A stretch of 64,000 nucleotides of DNA from Bacillota bacterium (GTDB taxonomy: Bacteria > Bacillota > Sulfobacillia > JAJYWN01 > JAJZPE01). The stretch covers positions 9,049 to 73,048 of the forward strand of contig JAJZPE010000001.1 of NCBI GenBank assembly GCA_021811325.1, written 5' to 3'. Positions 46,605 to 56,776 of this stretch are shown here, one piece after another. The notes below the pieces were generated by a model, which did not search any database, had not been told where the DNA came from, and saw only the letters and a list, made by a program, of their open reading frames with translations. Positions within the stretch are counted from its first letter, which is position 1, and each line of letters opens with the position of its first letter. The translations under genes and the position numbers were made by a program.

Positions 46605-48380
46605 CTAGTACTCGATCTTGAAGCGGCGCGCGGCCAGGTCGTAGAGAGGCCGCCAGAAGGCGCGGTTCAGGGTGACGATGAGCAGGACCATCGAGATGAG
46701 CGAGAGCCAGATCATCTGAAGGTTGCCCGAGGTGTAGGTGGCCTGGTCGAGGAGCGAGCCAATGCCGAAGGCGGTAAAGGTCCGGCCCCTGTAGACCACG
46801 TACTCGGCGATGATGAGGGCGTTCCAGCCGCCACCCCAGGCGGTGATGCTCCCGGTGACCAGTGACGGGAAGATGGCCGGCAGGACGACCCGGGTCAGGT
46901 AGAGCCGGCCTTTCAGCCCGTATGCGCGGGCGGCCTCCTCGAGGTCGGCCGGGATCGACCGCACCCCGGAAACGAGGTTGAAGAGGAGATACCACTGCAT
47001 TCCGGTGAGGGCCAGGAGGACGGCGGCCACGTTCATGCCCCCGGCCCGCCCGGCGATGATGAAGACGATCACCGGGAAGAGGGCCGTCGCCGGCACCGAG
47101 GCCAGGACCTCGAAGACCGGCATGAGGACTTGATAGGCCCGCTCGTTGGTGGCGATGAAGTAGGCCGCCGGGACCGTCCAGGCCAGCGAGATGAGGTAAG
47201 CCAGACTGAGACGCAGGAACGAGGCGGCCAGAGCGGCCGGGATCAGGCGGGCCTCCGGAGGCATCGGCTGCAGGAGGAGCCGGCCCAGGGCGATGACCGA
47301 GCGGATGACCAGGTAGCCCAGGCCGGCCACGATGAACCAACCAACGAGCCTGGCGGCGAAGGACCCGAGGCGGGCGAGCAGGCCGGGCCAACGCCGGTCC
47401 GCCACCTTTTCCGCCGCGGCCAGCCCGCGTCGCGGAGGGGTCAAGACCGCTCGGACCACGCGGCGGAGAGCTGACCAGACGGCCACCCCGGCGACCATCG
47501 TCCAACGGGCCACCGGCCATTTCCGCCACATGGTCAGGACGCGCGAGGTCGGCGCCGGCCCGGAAGCCGTCAGCTCGTATTTGAAGCGGCTGGCCCAGAC
47601 CCCGAGCGGCCTCCAAAGGAGCAGGTCGAGGGCGATGATCAGGGCCACCAGGGCCGCCAGCCCGAGCATGGTCAGGCCGAGCCGCCCGTCCTGGGCCGTG
47701 TTGATGAGGTAGCTGCCCAGGCCGGGCAGGGAGAAGTTGACCGGGCCGAGGGAGATGATCTCGCAGGCGATGAGGAAGTACCACCCGCCGGCCCAGGAGA
47801 GCATGCTGTTGTAGACCAGTTTGGGGACCATGGCCGGGAGGAGGAGCCGGCTGAACCGCAGCCCCGGTCCCACCCCGAAGGCCCGCGCCGCCTCGTCGAG
47901 GTCCCGGGGGATGGTCGTCAGGGACTCGTAGACCCCGAAGGTGATGTTCCAGGCCTGGCTGGTGAAGATGAGGAAGACGGCGGCCAGTTCGAGGCCGAGC
48001 CGTCCGCCGTGGAAGAGGCCGACGAAGAAGAACACGGCGGCCGGGAAGAAGCCGAGGACCGGCACCGACTGGAGAACGTCCAGCAGGGGCAGGAGGAAGC
48101 GGCCGGCCGGCCGGTTGGCCCAGGCGGTGTAGCCGTAGACGATGCTGAAGAGCAACGACAAGACGTAGGCGGCGGTCATCCGGGCCAGCGACAGCGAGGC
48201 GTAGTAGGGGATGGCGCGGGCGTCGCTGGGAACGCCGGGCGGGCCGCCCCGGAAGATGACCGCGGGGCGGCGATAGATGAAATAGAGCGCCCCGGCCAGG
48301 AGGAGGAACCAGACGAGCCGCATGAGCTGCCGTCTGGCTGAGGCCAGGGCCTGCCCGCGGGCACGGCGCACGCGAATCAC
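46605..48380 (-). CDS. ABC transporter permease, fused duplicated NitT/TauT-type transmembrane domains (591 aa)
   Basis: Two tandem BPD_transp_1-like modules, each with the EAA-type motif ('DLDEAARAFGVGPGLRFSRLLLPAMVP' and 'DLEEAARAYGLKGRLYLTRVVLPAIFP'). Confidence 0.85.
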   Translation of the reverse strand: MIRVRRARGQALASARRQLMRLVWFLLLAGALYFIYRRPAVIFRGGPPGVPSDARAIPYYASLSLARMTAAYVLSLLFSIVYGYTAWANRPAGRFLLPLLDVLQSVPVLGFFPAAVFFFVGLFHGGRLGLELAAVFLIFTSQAWNITFGVYESLTTIPRDLDEAARAFGVGPGLRFSRLLLPAMVPKLVYNSMLSWAGGWYFLIACEIISLGPVNFSLPGLGSYLINTAQDGRLGLTMLGLAALVALIIALDLLLWRPLGVWASRFKYELTASGPAPTSRVLTMWRKWPVARWTMVAGVAVWSALRRVVRAVLTPPRRGLAAAEKVADRRWPGLLARLGSFAARLVGWFIVAGLGYLVIRSVIALGRLLLQPMPPEARLIPAALAASFLRLSLAYLISLAWTVPAAYFIATNERAYQVLMPVFEVLASVPATALFPVIVFIIAGRAGGMNVAAVLLALTGMQWYLLFNLVSGVRSIPADLEEAARAYGLKGRLYLTRVVLPAIFPSLVTGSITAWGGGWNALIIAEYVVYRGRTFTAFGIGSLLDQATYTSGNLQMIWLSLISMVLLIVTLNRAFWRPLYDLAARRFKIEY

Positions 48381-48432
48381 CCCCGGCCCTTAGTCTGCCC
48401 GGCAAGGTGGGCAAAATGGCGGCCAGAAACGC

Positions 48433-48464
48433 GGGGGCCCCGGTCGCTGATGACCGGGGCCCCC
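48433..48464 (-). terminator. 13-bp perfect GC hairpin downstream of guaB (possible terminator/attenuator)
   Basis: 'GGGGGCCCCGGTCgctgatGACCGGGGCCCCC'. On the minus strand it is followed by 'gcgTTTctgg', a weak U-tract. It lies between the guaB stop and the ABC permease start. Confidence 0.45.
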
Positions 48465-48487
48465 TGTAAGGGAGGAGCTGGGATGAC

Positions 48488-50046
<1,559 letters not shown>

Positions 50047-50070
50047 TCATCAAGCTCCCCGGGCCGGCGT

Positions 50071-51429
50071 TCACACGAGCTCGATGACCGCCCGAGCGGC
50101 GACGGCGACCTCGTCGACGGAGCGGCCGGTGAGATCGCGCCGTTCCTGGTCCCACGGTTCCCAGGGGACGAGGACGAGCCGCGGCGCGGGCCGGCCGGCG
50201 CGTTCCTCCCGAGCCAGCGCGTCCAGGTAGTCCTGGACGACGGCCAGCCCGGCGGCCATGATCGAGCCCCCGAAGAAGGCGTCCTCGACGGCCACGACCC
50301 GCACCCCCTCCAGGGCCTCCGGTTCCATGACCCGCTCGAGCCCCAGCCGAATGACGTCCTCGGCCAGTCTCGAGGTAAAGACCAGGGCCGGCCGCGGGCC
50401 GTCGTGGAGCAGCCCGGCCGCGCGATGCAGGCGCACCGGGTTCACGTCGTAGTGGGCGACGAACCCGGGACGCTCCTCGGGTTGTTTGTCGAGGACGGCC
50501 TTGAACCGCCCGGTCCCGGGCCGCTCGGCCTCGACCTCGACCGGTCCGGCCTCGGTCGCCGAGGCGTGGGCGTCAAAGCGGCAGAAGACCTCCTCGCCGC
50601 CGACGGCCTTGATGACATCCCCGCGTCGCAGGCCGGCGCGGGCCGCCGGGCTGTCCGGGGCCACCCCTTCGAGGCGCGCCTCGAGGTCCCTCAGGCGCGG
50701 CGGCTCGAGGAGGAGCGGGGCGCGGACCGCCGGGGCCAGCTCATCGACCAGACGGCCGAGCTCGTCCCACATGGTCGGGGGGAAACGCAATTCCGACGGG
50801 GCCAGCCGGGTGAAGCCCGGCATGAACAGGCGGATGAGCTTGGCCCCGCGTTCGTCAAGGAAGAAGACCGCCCGGGCCGGGTCGTCCCAGCCCACCAGGT
50901 GCGGCATGGCCACGATGCTCCCCTGAAAGGGCACGCCCTCTTCAGCCAGATGGTCGGCGGCGGCCAGGGCCCGTTGCGGGCGCGGATCGCTCATGAGCCT
51001 CCGGCGGTTGTCCTCGACCGCGCTGTTCAGCGAGAGGACGACCTCGACCGGGGCCAGCGCGGCCAGGGCCCGCACACGGTCGCGGGTGAGCGGTGAGCCG
51101 TTGGTCGTCACCTGCAGGACGGCCCGCGGGAATCTTTCGCGGGCCAGGGCCAGCAGGTCCAGGAGGCGCGGGTGGGTAAAGGGCTCGCCCTCGTCGATGC
51201 GGGTCACCGACTCGCCCACGACGACCCGCCGCGGGTCGTCCATGAGCTCCAGTGTCCGCGCGGTCTCTTCGACCGTCGCCGGAGGCAACTGGTAGGTCCT
51301 GACCCCCGGCGGGTTCTGCCGGTTACTGCAGAAGACGCAGCGGACATCACAGACCGAAGTGACCGGGAGAACGCCGTAGCGCCGCGCCCCCCACTCGATG
51401 GCCGCCCGGACCGCGCGCTCCAAGGCCAT
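50071..51429 (-). CDS. radical SAM protein with PDZ domain and DUF512-type C-terminal region
   Basis: 'CDVRCVFCSN' CxxxCxxC, PDZ-like 'AGLRRGDVIKAVGGEEV', conserved C-terminal region; ATG 51429 overlaps upstream stop (ATGA). Confidence 0.8.
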   Translation of the reverse strand: MALERAVRAAIEWGARRYGVLPVTSVCDVRCVFCSNRQNPPGVRTYQLPPATVEETARTLELMDDPRRVVVGESVTRIDEGEPFTHPRLLDLLALARERFPRAVLQVTTNGSPLTRDRVRALAALAPVEVVLSLNSAVEDNRRRLMSDPRPQRALAAADHLAEEGVPFQGSIVAMPHLVGWDDPARAVFFLDERGAKLIRLFMPGFTRLAPSELRFPPTMWDELGRLVDELAPAVRAPLLLEPPRLRDLEARLEGVAPDSPAARAGLRRGDVIKAVGGEEVFCRFDAHASATEAGPVEVEAERPGTGRFKAVLDKQPEERPGFVAHYDVNPVRLHRAAGLLHDGPRPALVFTSRLAEDVIRLGLERVMEPEALEGVRVVAVEDAFFGGSIMAAGLAVVQDYLDALAREERAGRPAPRLVLVPWEPWDQERRDLTGRSVDEVAVAARAVIELV

Positions 51430-52286
51430 CAGCGCCGCCCGCCGCCGAGCAGGCCGACGCGGGTGAAGATGGCCGGCCAGACGAACGAGCCCCACAGCCC
51501 GAGGACCGAGTAGCGGACGAGGTCGAGGACCATCCCACCGCCGAGGACCAGCTTAAGGCCTTCCCTTAGGCCGGCCAGGGCGGCCAGCCCGATGGCCACC
51601 TTGGCCACCTGGGCGAGGAAGCCGGCGCCCGTCCGGAAGGACACGAAACGCTCCTCGAAAGCCCAACCGACGGCCATCCCGAGGAGGAAGCCGACGATCT
51701 TCGGCCCGTCCGGGCCGCGATAGACGGCGAGCATTCCCAGGGGGATGATGACTCCGGCGATGAGCCGCATCGGGAACGCCGCCCGCCACCCCTGGAACAG
51801 CCCGCCGATCCAGGAGAACAGGAAGCTCAGGGCGAGCCCGAGAGCCGTCCCGCCGAGGACGTCGGCCGGCCAGTGGACGCCGAGGTAGACGCGGGACAGG
51901 CCGACGAGGAAGATGACCACCCCGGCAAGGACGGACAGGAGCCGGCTCCGCGACTGGATGGCCAGGTAGCTCCAGAAGACCGAGCTGCCCTGGGCGTGCC
52001 CGCTTGGGAAGGCGTAGCCGGCGGCCGACTCGGGATAGAGGTTACGGACGACCGTCCAGGGCGGGCGCGAGGTGGCGAAGAGGTCCTTCAGGCCCGCGTT
52101 GACCCAGGCCGAGAAGAGGAAGATGTAGGCCAGCCTTATCCCCAGCTTCTTGTCGAGGCACCAGAAGATGATGGGGATGGCCGCCAGGTAGAAAGCCTCG
52201 CTGCCGAGGTCGCTGAGGGCCCGGAAGATCGAATCGAGGGTCGGCGTGGAGAAGTGCTGTAACCACTGGATGACCTGCAATCCCAT
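51429..52286 (-). CDS. PAP2-family membrane phosphatase (phosphatidic acid phosphatase / undecaprenyl-diphosphatase-like)
   Basis: PAP2 motifs 'KDLFATSRP', 'PSGHA', 'SRVYLGVHWPADV'; ATG 52286 with GAGAGGAAGAGG RBS. Confidence 0.85.
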   Translation of the reverse strand: MGLQVIQWLQHFSTPTLDSIFRALSDLGSEAFYLAAIPIIFWCLDKKLGIRLAYIFLFSAWVNAGLKDLFATSRPPWTVVRNLYPESAAGYAFPSGHAQGSSVFWSYLAIQSRSRLLSVLAGVVIFLVGLSRVYLGVHWPADVLGGTALGLALSFLFSWIGGLFQGWRAAFPMRLIAGVIIPLGMLAVYRGPDGPKIVGFLLGMAVGWAFEERFVSFRTGAGFLAQVAKVAIGLAALAGLREGLKLVLGGGMVLDLVRYSVLGLWGSFVWPAIFTRVGLLGGGRR

Positions 52287-52434
52287 CAGGAAGCCTCTTC
52301 CTCTCTGGCGTCCAATTCGGTCCCTCCCGTCGGCCAATGCCCCAAGTCGAACCGGGGAAGACTGGCATTGTCATCTGTCTATTCAGGCGCCCTCTCGCGG
52401 TTGACATAACATCCCCCGAGTTTACCCGGAAACA

Positions 52435-52506
52435 TAATCCACACTATCCCCAGGCTTATCCACAGGGCCATAACTCGTCTAGCTCGTCGTTTTTCCGTTA
52501 TCCACG
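52435..52506. repeat. cluster of DnaA-box motifs (TAATCCACA, TTATCCACA, TTATCCACG) in AT-richer intergenic region
   Basis: There is a perfect consensus TTATCCACA at 52456-52464 and 1-mismatch boxes at 52435-52443 and 52498-52506, plus TATCCCCA. All have the same orientation and lie within ~75 nt of a 264-nt intergenic spacer between tsaD and the PAP2 gene. Confidence 0.55.
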
Positions 52507-52601
52507 AATTCCACAAATGTCTTCCAGCTTTTCCGGGTCAACTTCGTCGACACACCTCGACACCCCGGTGTCGAGGGGGCGACCAACCGGTGAGGCCCCG
52601 C

Positions 52602-53657
52602 CTAGCTCCCCAGCGCCAGGTTCGGGTCGGCGTTCAACTCCAACCCCGACCGGCCCCCGGCCATGTAACGGAAGTAGCCGGCCGATCCGATCATCGCCGC
52701 GTTGTCCGTACACAGCTTGAGCGGCGGGAAATGAACGGTGAGGCCCTCGCGCCCGGCGCGCTCCCGCATCGTCAGGCGCAGGGCCGAATTGGCGGCCACG
52801 CCCCCGGCCAGGATGACCCGGTTGGCCCCGGTGGCTCTGGCCGCCGCCACCGTCTTGTCGACCAGCACGTCGGCCACGGCCTGGGAGAAACTCGCGGCGA
52901 GATCGGCCCGGTTCACCTCTTGGCCGGCCAGGGCGGCCCGCTCGAGGTGATGGACGACGGCCGTCTTCAGGCCGGAGAAACTGAAGTCGAAGCTGCCCGG
53001 CTCCAGGTAGGCCCGGGGAAGCTCGATGGCGTGCGGGTCGCCGCCCTCCCGCGCCAAGGCGTCGAGGAGCGGCCCGCCCGGATAGCCGAGGCCGATAGCC
53101 CGAGCCACCTTGTCGAAGGCTTCGCCGGCCGCGTCGTCCCGCGTCCGCCCCAGGGCCCGGCGCTCGCCGTGCCCGGTGATGTAGATGAGGTCGCTGTGTC
53201 CGCCCGAGACGACCAGGCACAGGAACGGGAACTCGGGCGGTCGCCCGTCCCCGATGGGCCTGCCGTCTTCATCGACGGTCAGGAAGTTGGCGTAGATGTG
53301 GCCCTCCAGGTGGTTCACCCCGACCAACGGTTTGCCCCAACCGAAGGCCAGGCTCTTGGCCAAGGAGACGCCGACCAAAAGGGCCCCGACAAGCCCGGGG
53401 CCGCTGGTGACGGCCACGGCGGCCAGGTCGGCCGGGGCTCCCCCGGCCCGCTCGAGGGCCTCCTTGACCACGGGTATGGACAGCTCCAAATGCCGTCGCG
53501 AGGCGATTTCCGGGACCACCCCGCCGAAGCGGCGGTGCAGGTCGACCTGGGAGGCGACGACGTTGGCGCGGATGACCGAGCCGCGCTCGATGACGGCGGC
53601 CGCCGTCTCGTCACACGACGTCTCGATGGCCAGGATGAGGTCGCCGGCCGCGCTCAC
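52602..53657 (-). CDS. tsaD: tRNA N6-adenosine threonylcarbamoyltransferase TsaD
   Basis: 'ILAIETSCDETAAAV' and 'VGVNHLEGHI' metal-binding motifs, Kae1/TsaD family; GTG 53657 overlaps rimI stop (GTGA). Confidence 0.92.
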   Translation of the reverse strand: MSAAGDLILAIETSCDETAAAVIERGSVIRANVVASQVDLHRRFGGVVPEIASRRHLELSIPVVKEALERAGGAPADLAAVAVTSGPGLVGALLVGVSLAKSLAFGWGKPLVGVNHLEGHIYANFLTVDEDGRPIGDGRPPEFPFLCLVVSGGHSDLIYITGHGERRALGRTRDDAAGEAFDKVARAIGLGYPGGPLLDALAREGGDPHAIELPRAYLEPGSFDFSFSGLKTAVVHHLERAALAGQEVNRADLAASFSQAVADVLVDKTVAAARATGANRVILAGGVAANSALRLTMRERAGREGLTVHFPPLKLCTDNAAMIGSAGYFRYMAGGRSGLELNADPNLALGS

Positions 53658-54178
53658 GACCGTCTCCCGGCGCCCGTGCCGGCGTCTTTCATCCCCATCG
53701 TGGCGGCGATGTCGTCGTTCCACATGATGATGGCGTCCTCGTTGGTGTCCGTGTAATAGCGCTTCCGCAGGCCCTGGGGGGTGAAGTCGAGCTTCGCGTA
53801 GAGCTGCTGGGCGGCCAGGTTGCCCTTGCGGACCTCCAGGGTCATCCGGTTGGCCTCACCGGCCAGGGCCAGCTCCATCAAGCGGCGGAGGAGCCGCTCC
53901 CCGTAGCCGCGGCCCCGGTATTCCGGCCGCACGGCGATGTTGGTCACGTGGGCCTCGCCCATGACCAGCCACATGCCGGCATAGCCGATGACGCGCCCGC
54001 CGGCGCGAGCGGTGATGTAGTGAGCATACAGGTTGTCGGTCAACTCGCGGACGAAGGCCTGACGCGACCAGGGGCTCGGGAAGGAAGCCTGCTCGACCTC
54101 CATCACCTCATCCAGGTCGGCCATGGTCATCGGCATCGTGGCCATCTCTTCCGTCAATGGCTCACCTGCTCCCATCAT
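53654..54178 (-). CDS. rimI: ribosomal-protein-alanine N-acetyltransferase RimI
   Basis: GNAT fold 'VTNIAVRPEYRGRGYGERLLRRLMELA'; tsaB-rimI-tsaD synteny. Start may be an internal ATG (~54145). Confidence 0.85.
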   Translation of the reverse strand: MMGAGEPLTEEMATMPMTMADLDEVMEVEQASFPSPWSRQAFVRELTDNLYAHYITARAGGRVIGYAGMWLVMGEAHVTNIAVRPEYRGRGYGERLLRRLMELALAGEANRMTLEVRKGNLAAQQLYAKLDFTPQGLRKRYYTDTNEDAIIMWNDDIAATMGMKDAGTGAGRRS

Positions 54179-54941
54179 TGGTGGCGGCTCGGCGGGCTCG
54201 GGCCCGCACTCTGGCCTTGACTTCGGCCTCGGACGGCCGAACGTAGATCGGCCGGGCCTCGGCGGCCTCGGGACGGAGCCCGGAGACCAGCAGCCGCAGG
54301 CCGATTTCGGCCACGCCGGCCGCGCTGGGGAAGCGGACGGAGACCGGGGCGAAGTCGGCCTTCGTCCCCAGCCGCTCCCGGATGCCTGGCCCGTAGCGCG
54401 GGATGGCGTCGCCGAGAAAGAGGATCGGTTCGTTGAAGGCGCTCAGATGGTCGAGGAGGACGCCGAGGCCCAGCGCCCAGTAGCCGCCGAGCCGCCGCAG
54501 GGGTCGGCTGCCGCCGGTGCCCGTCGCGCCGGGGCCCGCCGTCCCCGCTCCCCCCGCCCCATGGTAGAGCGCCGCATAGACCTGATCTTTGCGGGCGTCG
54601 AGGAGCGGGCATATCAACCCCGGCCACGCCCAGACGTTGAAGGCCAGCGCGTCCAGGGTCGGGATGGGCAGGACCGGCCGCTCCAGGGCGTACCCGAGCC
54701 CTTTGGCCGTGGCCAGGCCGATGCGCAGGCCGGTGAACGAGCCCGGCCCGGCGCTGACGGCGATCCCGTCGAGCTGACCCCGGTCCACCCCGGCCTCACG
54801 CAGGGCCTGCTCGACCAGCGGCATCAACCGCTGCGAGTGGGTCAGGCGGCCGGAGGTCGAGAACTCGGCCAGGACGCGGTCGCCGCCGATCAGGGCCACG
54901 CCGCAGACGTTGGTGGCGGTCTCCAGACCCAGGACGATCAC
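54162..54941 (-). CDS. tsaB: tRNA threonylcarbamoyladenosine biosynthesis protein TsaB
   Basis: 'VLGLETATNVCGVAL...GPGSFTGLRIGLATAKGL' matches TsaB/YeaZ. The GTG start overlaps the tsaE stop. The table N-terminal extension is spurious. Confidence 0.88.
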   Translation of the reverse strand: MIVLGLETATNVCGVALIGGDRVLAEFSTSGRLTHSQRLMPLVEQALREAGVDRGQLDGIAVSAGPGSFTGLRIGLATAKGLGYALERPVLPIPTLDALAFNVWAWPGLICPLLDARKDQVYAALYHGAGGAGTAGPGATGTGGSRPLRRLGGYWALGLGVLLDHLSAFNEPILFLGDAIPRYGPGIRERLGTKADFAPVSVRFPSAAGVAEIGLRLLVSGLRPEAAEARPIYVRPSEAEVKARVRARARRAATNDGSR

Positions 54942-55402
54942 CGCTGGCTCAACTCCTCCAGCAACCTCTCGGACCGCGGCCCGGTCGCCGACACGGCCAG
55001 CGAGCGCCGGTCGGGACCGTCCCCCGGGAGCCGTTCGAGCCGGACCCAGAGGGCATCCGGCGGGATGAAGTCGGGGATGTTCTCCGGCCACTCGACCACC
55101 GACACACCCTCGCCCGGCAGGTATTCCTCGAGGCCCAGGGCGGCCGCGTCATCCTGGCACTCCAGGCGGTAGGCGTCGATGTGGTAGGCCGGCACCCGTC
55201 CCGGGTGTTCGTGGATGATGACGAAGGTCGGGCTGGAGACGGGTCCGGTCGCCCCGGTCCCGCCCAGGATGCCCCGCGCCAGGCAGGTCTTGCCGGCGCC
55301 GAGCGGCCCGCTAAGGCAGACGACGTCCCCGGGCTCGAGCATTTCGCCGAGCCGGCGTCCGAAGGCCTCGGTTTCCCCGGGGGATGACGTTCGCAGTTCC
55401 AT
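54938..55402 (-). CDS. tsaE: tRNA threonylcarbamoyladenosine biosynthesis ATPase TsaE
   Basis: 'LSGPLGAGKTCLARGI' P-loop, 'SPTFVIIHEH' motif; ~154 aa. Confidence 0.9.
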   Translation of the reverse strand: MELRTSSPGETEAFGRRLGEMLEPGDVVCLSGPLGAGKTCLARGILGGTGATGPVSSPTFVIIHEHPGRVPAYHIDAYRLECQDDAAALGLEEYLPGEGVSVVEWPENIPDFIPPDALWVRLERLPGDGPDRRSLAVSATGPRSERLLEELSQR

Positions 55403-55464
55403 CAGGCATCCTCGTTTGTGTGCTCCGGCCCGCAGGCGCTCGGTACGACCGGCTCCCGCCTGGC

Positions 55465-56535
55465 TCAGTGCACGAAATGGTCGAAGCCTCGCGCCTCCAG
55501 CGGCCGCTCGGTGCCGTCGGGCATGGCCATGACGAGGCCCTTGGCGGGCTCGATGACCTCGCCGACCTGCAGCGGCGCCCGGCCGGTGGACTCGGCCAAG
55601 GTCTTGACGACCCGCTCGACGTCCTCGATGCCCACGGCCAGGAGGAGTTCATAGTCCTCGCCGCCGCTCAGGGCGTAGGCCACGGGGTCCTTGCCGGCGG
55701 CCCTGGCCACCGCTTCGGCGACCGACGCCACGGGCACCCTCTCCCAGAAGAGCCGGGCCCCCACCCCGCTGCAACGGGCCAGCGTGGCCGCATCGCGGGC
55801 GAGCCCGTCGCTGATGTCCAGCATCGCCCGGACGGCGCGGAGGTCGGCCAGCAGGCGAGCCTCACGGAAGCGCGGGACCGGCCGGTGGTGGGCGGCGATG
55901 GCCCGCTCGGCGACCTGGTCGCCGACCGTCCGTCGCAGGCTGTCGTCGCGCAGCAGGTCGAGGCCGGCGGCCGCCGCCCCCAACGGGCCCGTGACCAGCA
56001 GGACGTCCCCCGGCCTGGCCCCGGAGCGGGTGACCAGCTTCGCCTCCTCGACGTCGCCAATGACGGTCACGTTGATGACCACACCCTCGGGGGAACGGAT
56101 GACGTCGCCGCCGACGATGGTCGCCCCGTGCTCGGCGGCCTCGTCGATGAGCCCTTCGTAGAGCTTCGTCACGGCCTCCGCCCCGGTCGACGGGGGCAGG
56201 GCCATGGACACCAGGGCGAAGCGCGGCTGGCCACCCATGGCGGCCACGTCGCTCAGGTTGCTGGCCATGGCCTTGCGGCCGAGGTCATACGGGGGGATGA
56301 CCCCCGGCAAGAAGTGGACCCCTTCGAAGAGCATGTCGCAGGTGGCCAGGAGGTATCGGCCCGGGCTGCTCCGGAGCACGGCCGCGTCGTCCCCGATGCC
56401 GAAGACGACGCCGGAACTCTCCGGCCCCGCGCCCAACGGCGCCCTGGCCGTCACCTGCCGCCTTATCCGCTCGACGATCTCGAGTTCGCCGAGGGTCGAG
56501 AGGCTCTCGCCGTCGCCGGTCGAGGCTTTCAACAT
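55465..56535 (-). CDS. thiL: thiamine-monophosphate kinase ThiL
   Basis: 'GIGDDAAVL...LLATCDMLFEGVHF' AIR-synthase-related N-domain and C-domain; ~356 aa. Confidence 0.88.
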   Translation of the reverse strand: MLKASTGDGESLSTLGELEIVERIRRQVTARAPLGAGPESSGVVFGIGDDAAVLRSSPGRYLLATCDMLFEGVHFLPGVIPPYDLGRKAMASNLSDVAAMGGQPRFALVSMALPPSTGAEAVTKLYEGLIDEAAEHGATIVGGDVIRSPEGVVINVTVIGDVEEAKLVTRSGARPGDVLLVTGPLGAAAAGLDLLRDDSLRRTVGDQVAERAIAAHHRPVPRFREARLLADLRAVRAMLDISDGLARDAATLARCSGVGARLFWERVPVASVAEAVARAAGKDPVAYALSGGEDYELLLAVGIEDVERVVKTLAESTGRAPLQVGEVIEPAKGLVMAMPDGTERPLEARGFDHFVH

Positions 56536-56776
56536 GGGTCTTCCCCTCACTTTCCCGGGAAATCCCGGATTAGCTTCCTCGGCGCTGTATTATGCCCAGG
56601 ATAGATTCGGTGGGCCGAAGGCCGCTTCCTCCCGGCCCCCTAAGCGAGGCTGCTCCAGAGGCCATTCCCGGGGCGAGGGCCTCACTTCTGGAAGGAATCG
56701 AGGCCCCGGCGACGAAAGGACACTCAATTCAGTGGGAAGCTGCCCAAAAGCAGCGGATGGAGGGACTCGGTACGGT

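Noticed and set aside
52435-52506. Chromosomal origin of replication (oriC)
   Set aside because: DnaA boxes are present, but there is no dnaA/dnaN/rpmH context and no obvious AT-rich DNA-unwinding element. It is more likely a secondary DnaA-box cluster or DnaA-regulated promoter, kept as a finding but not called oriC.
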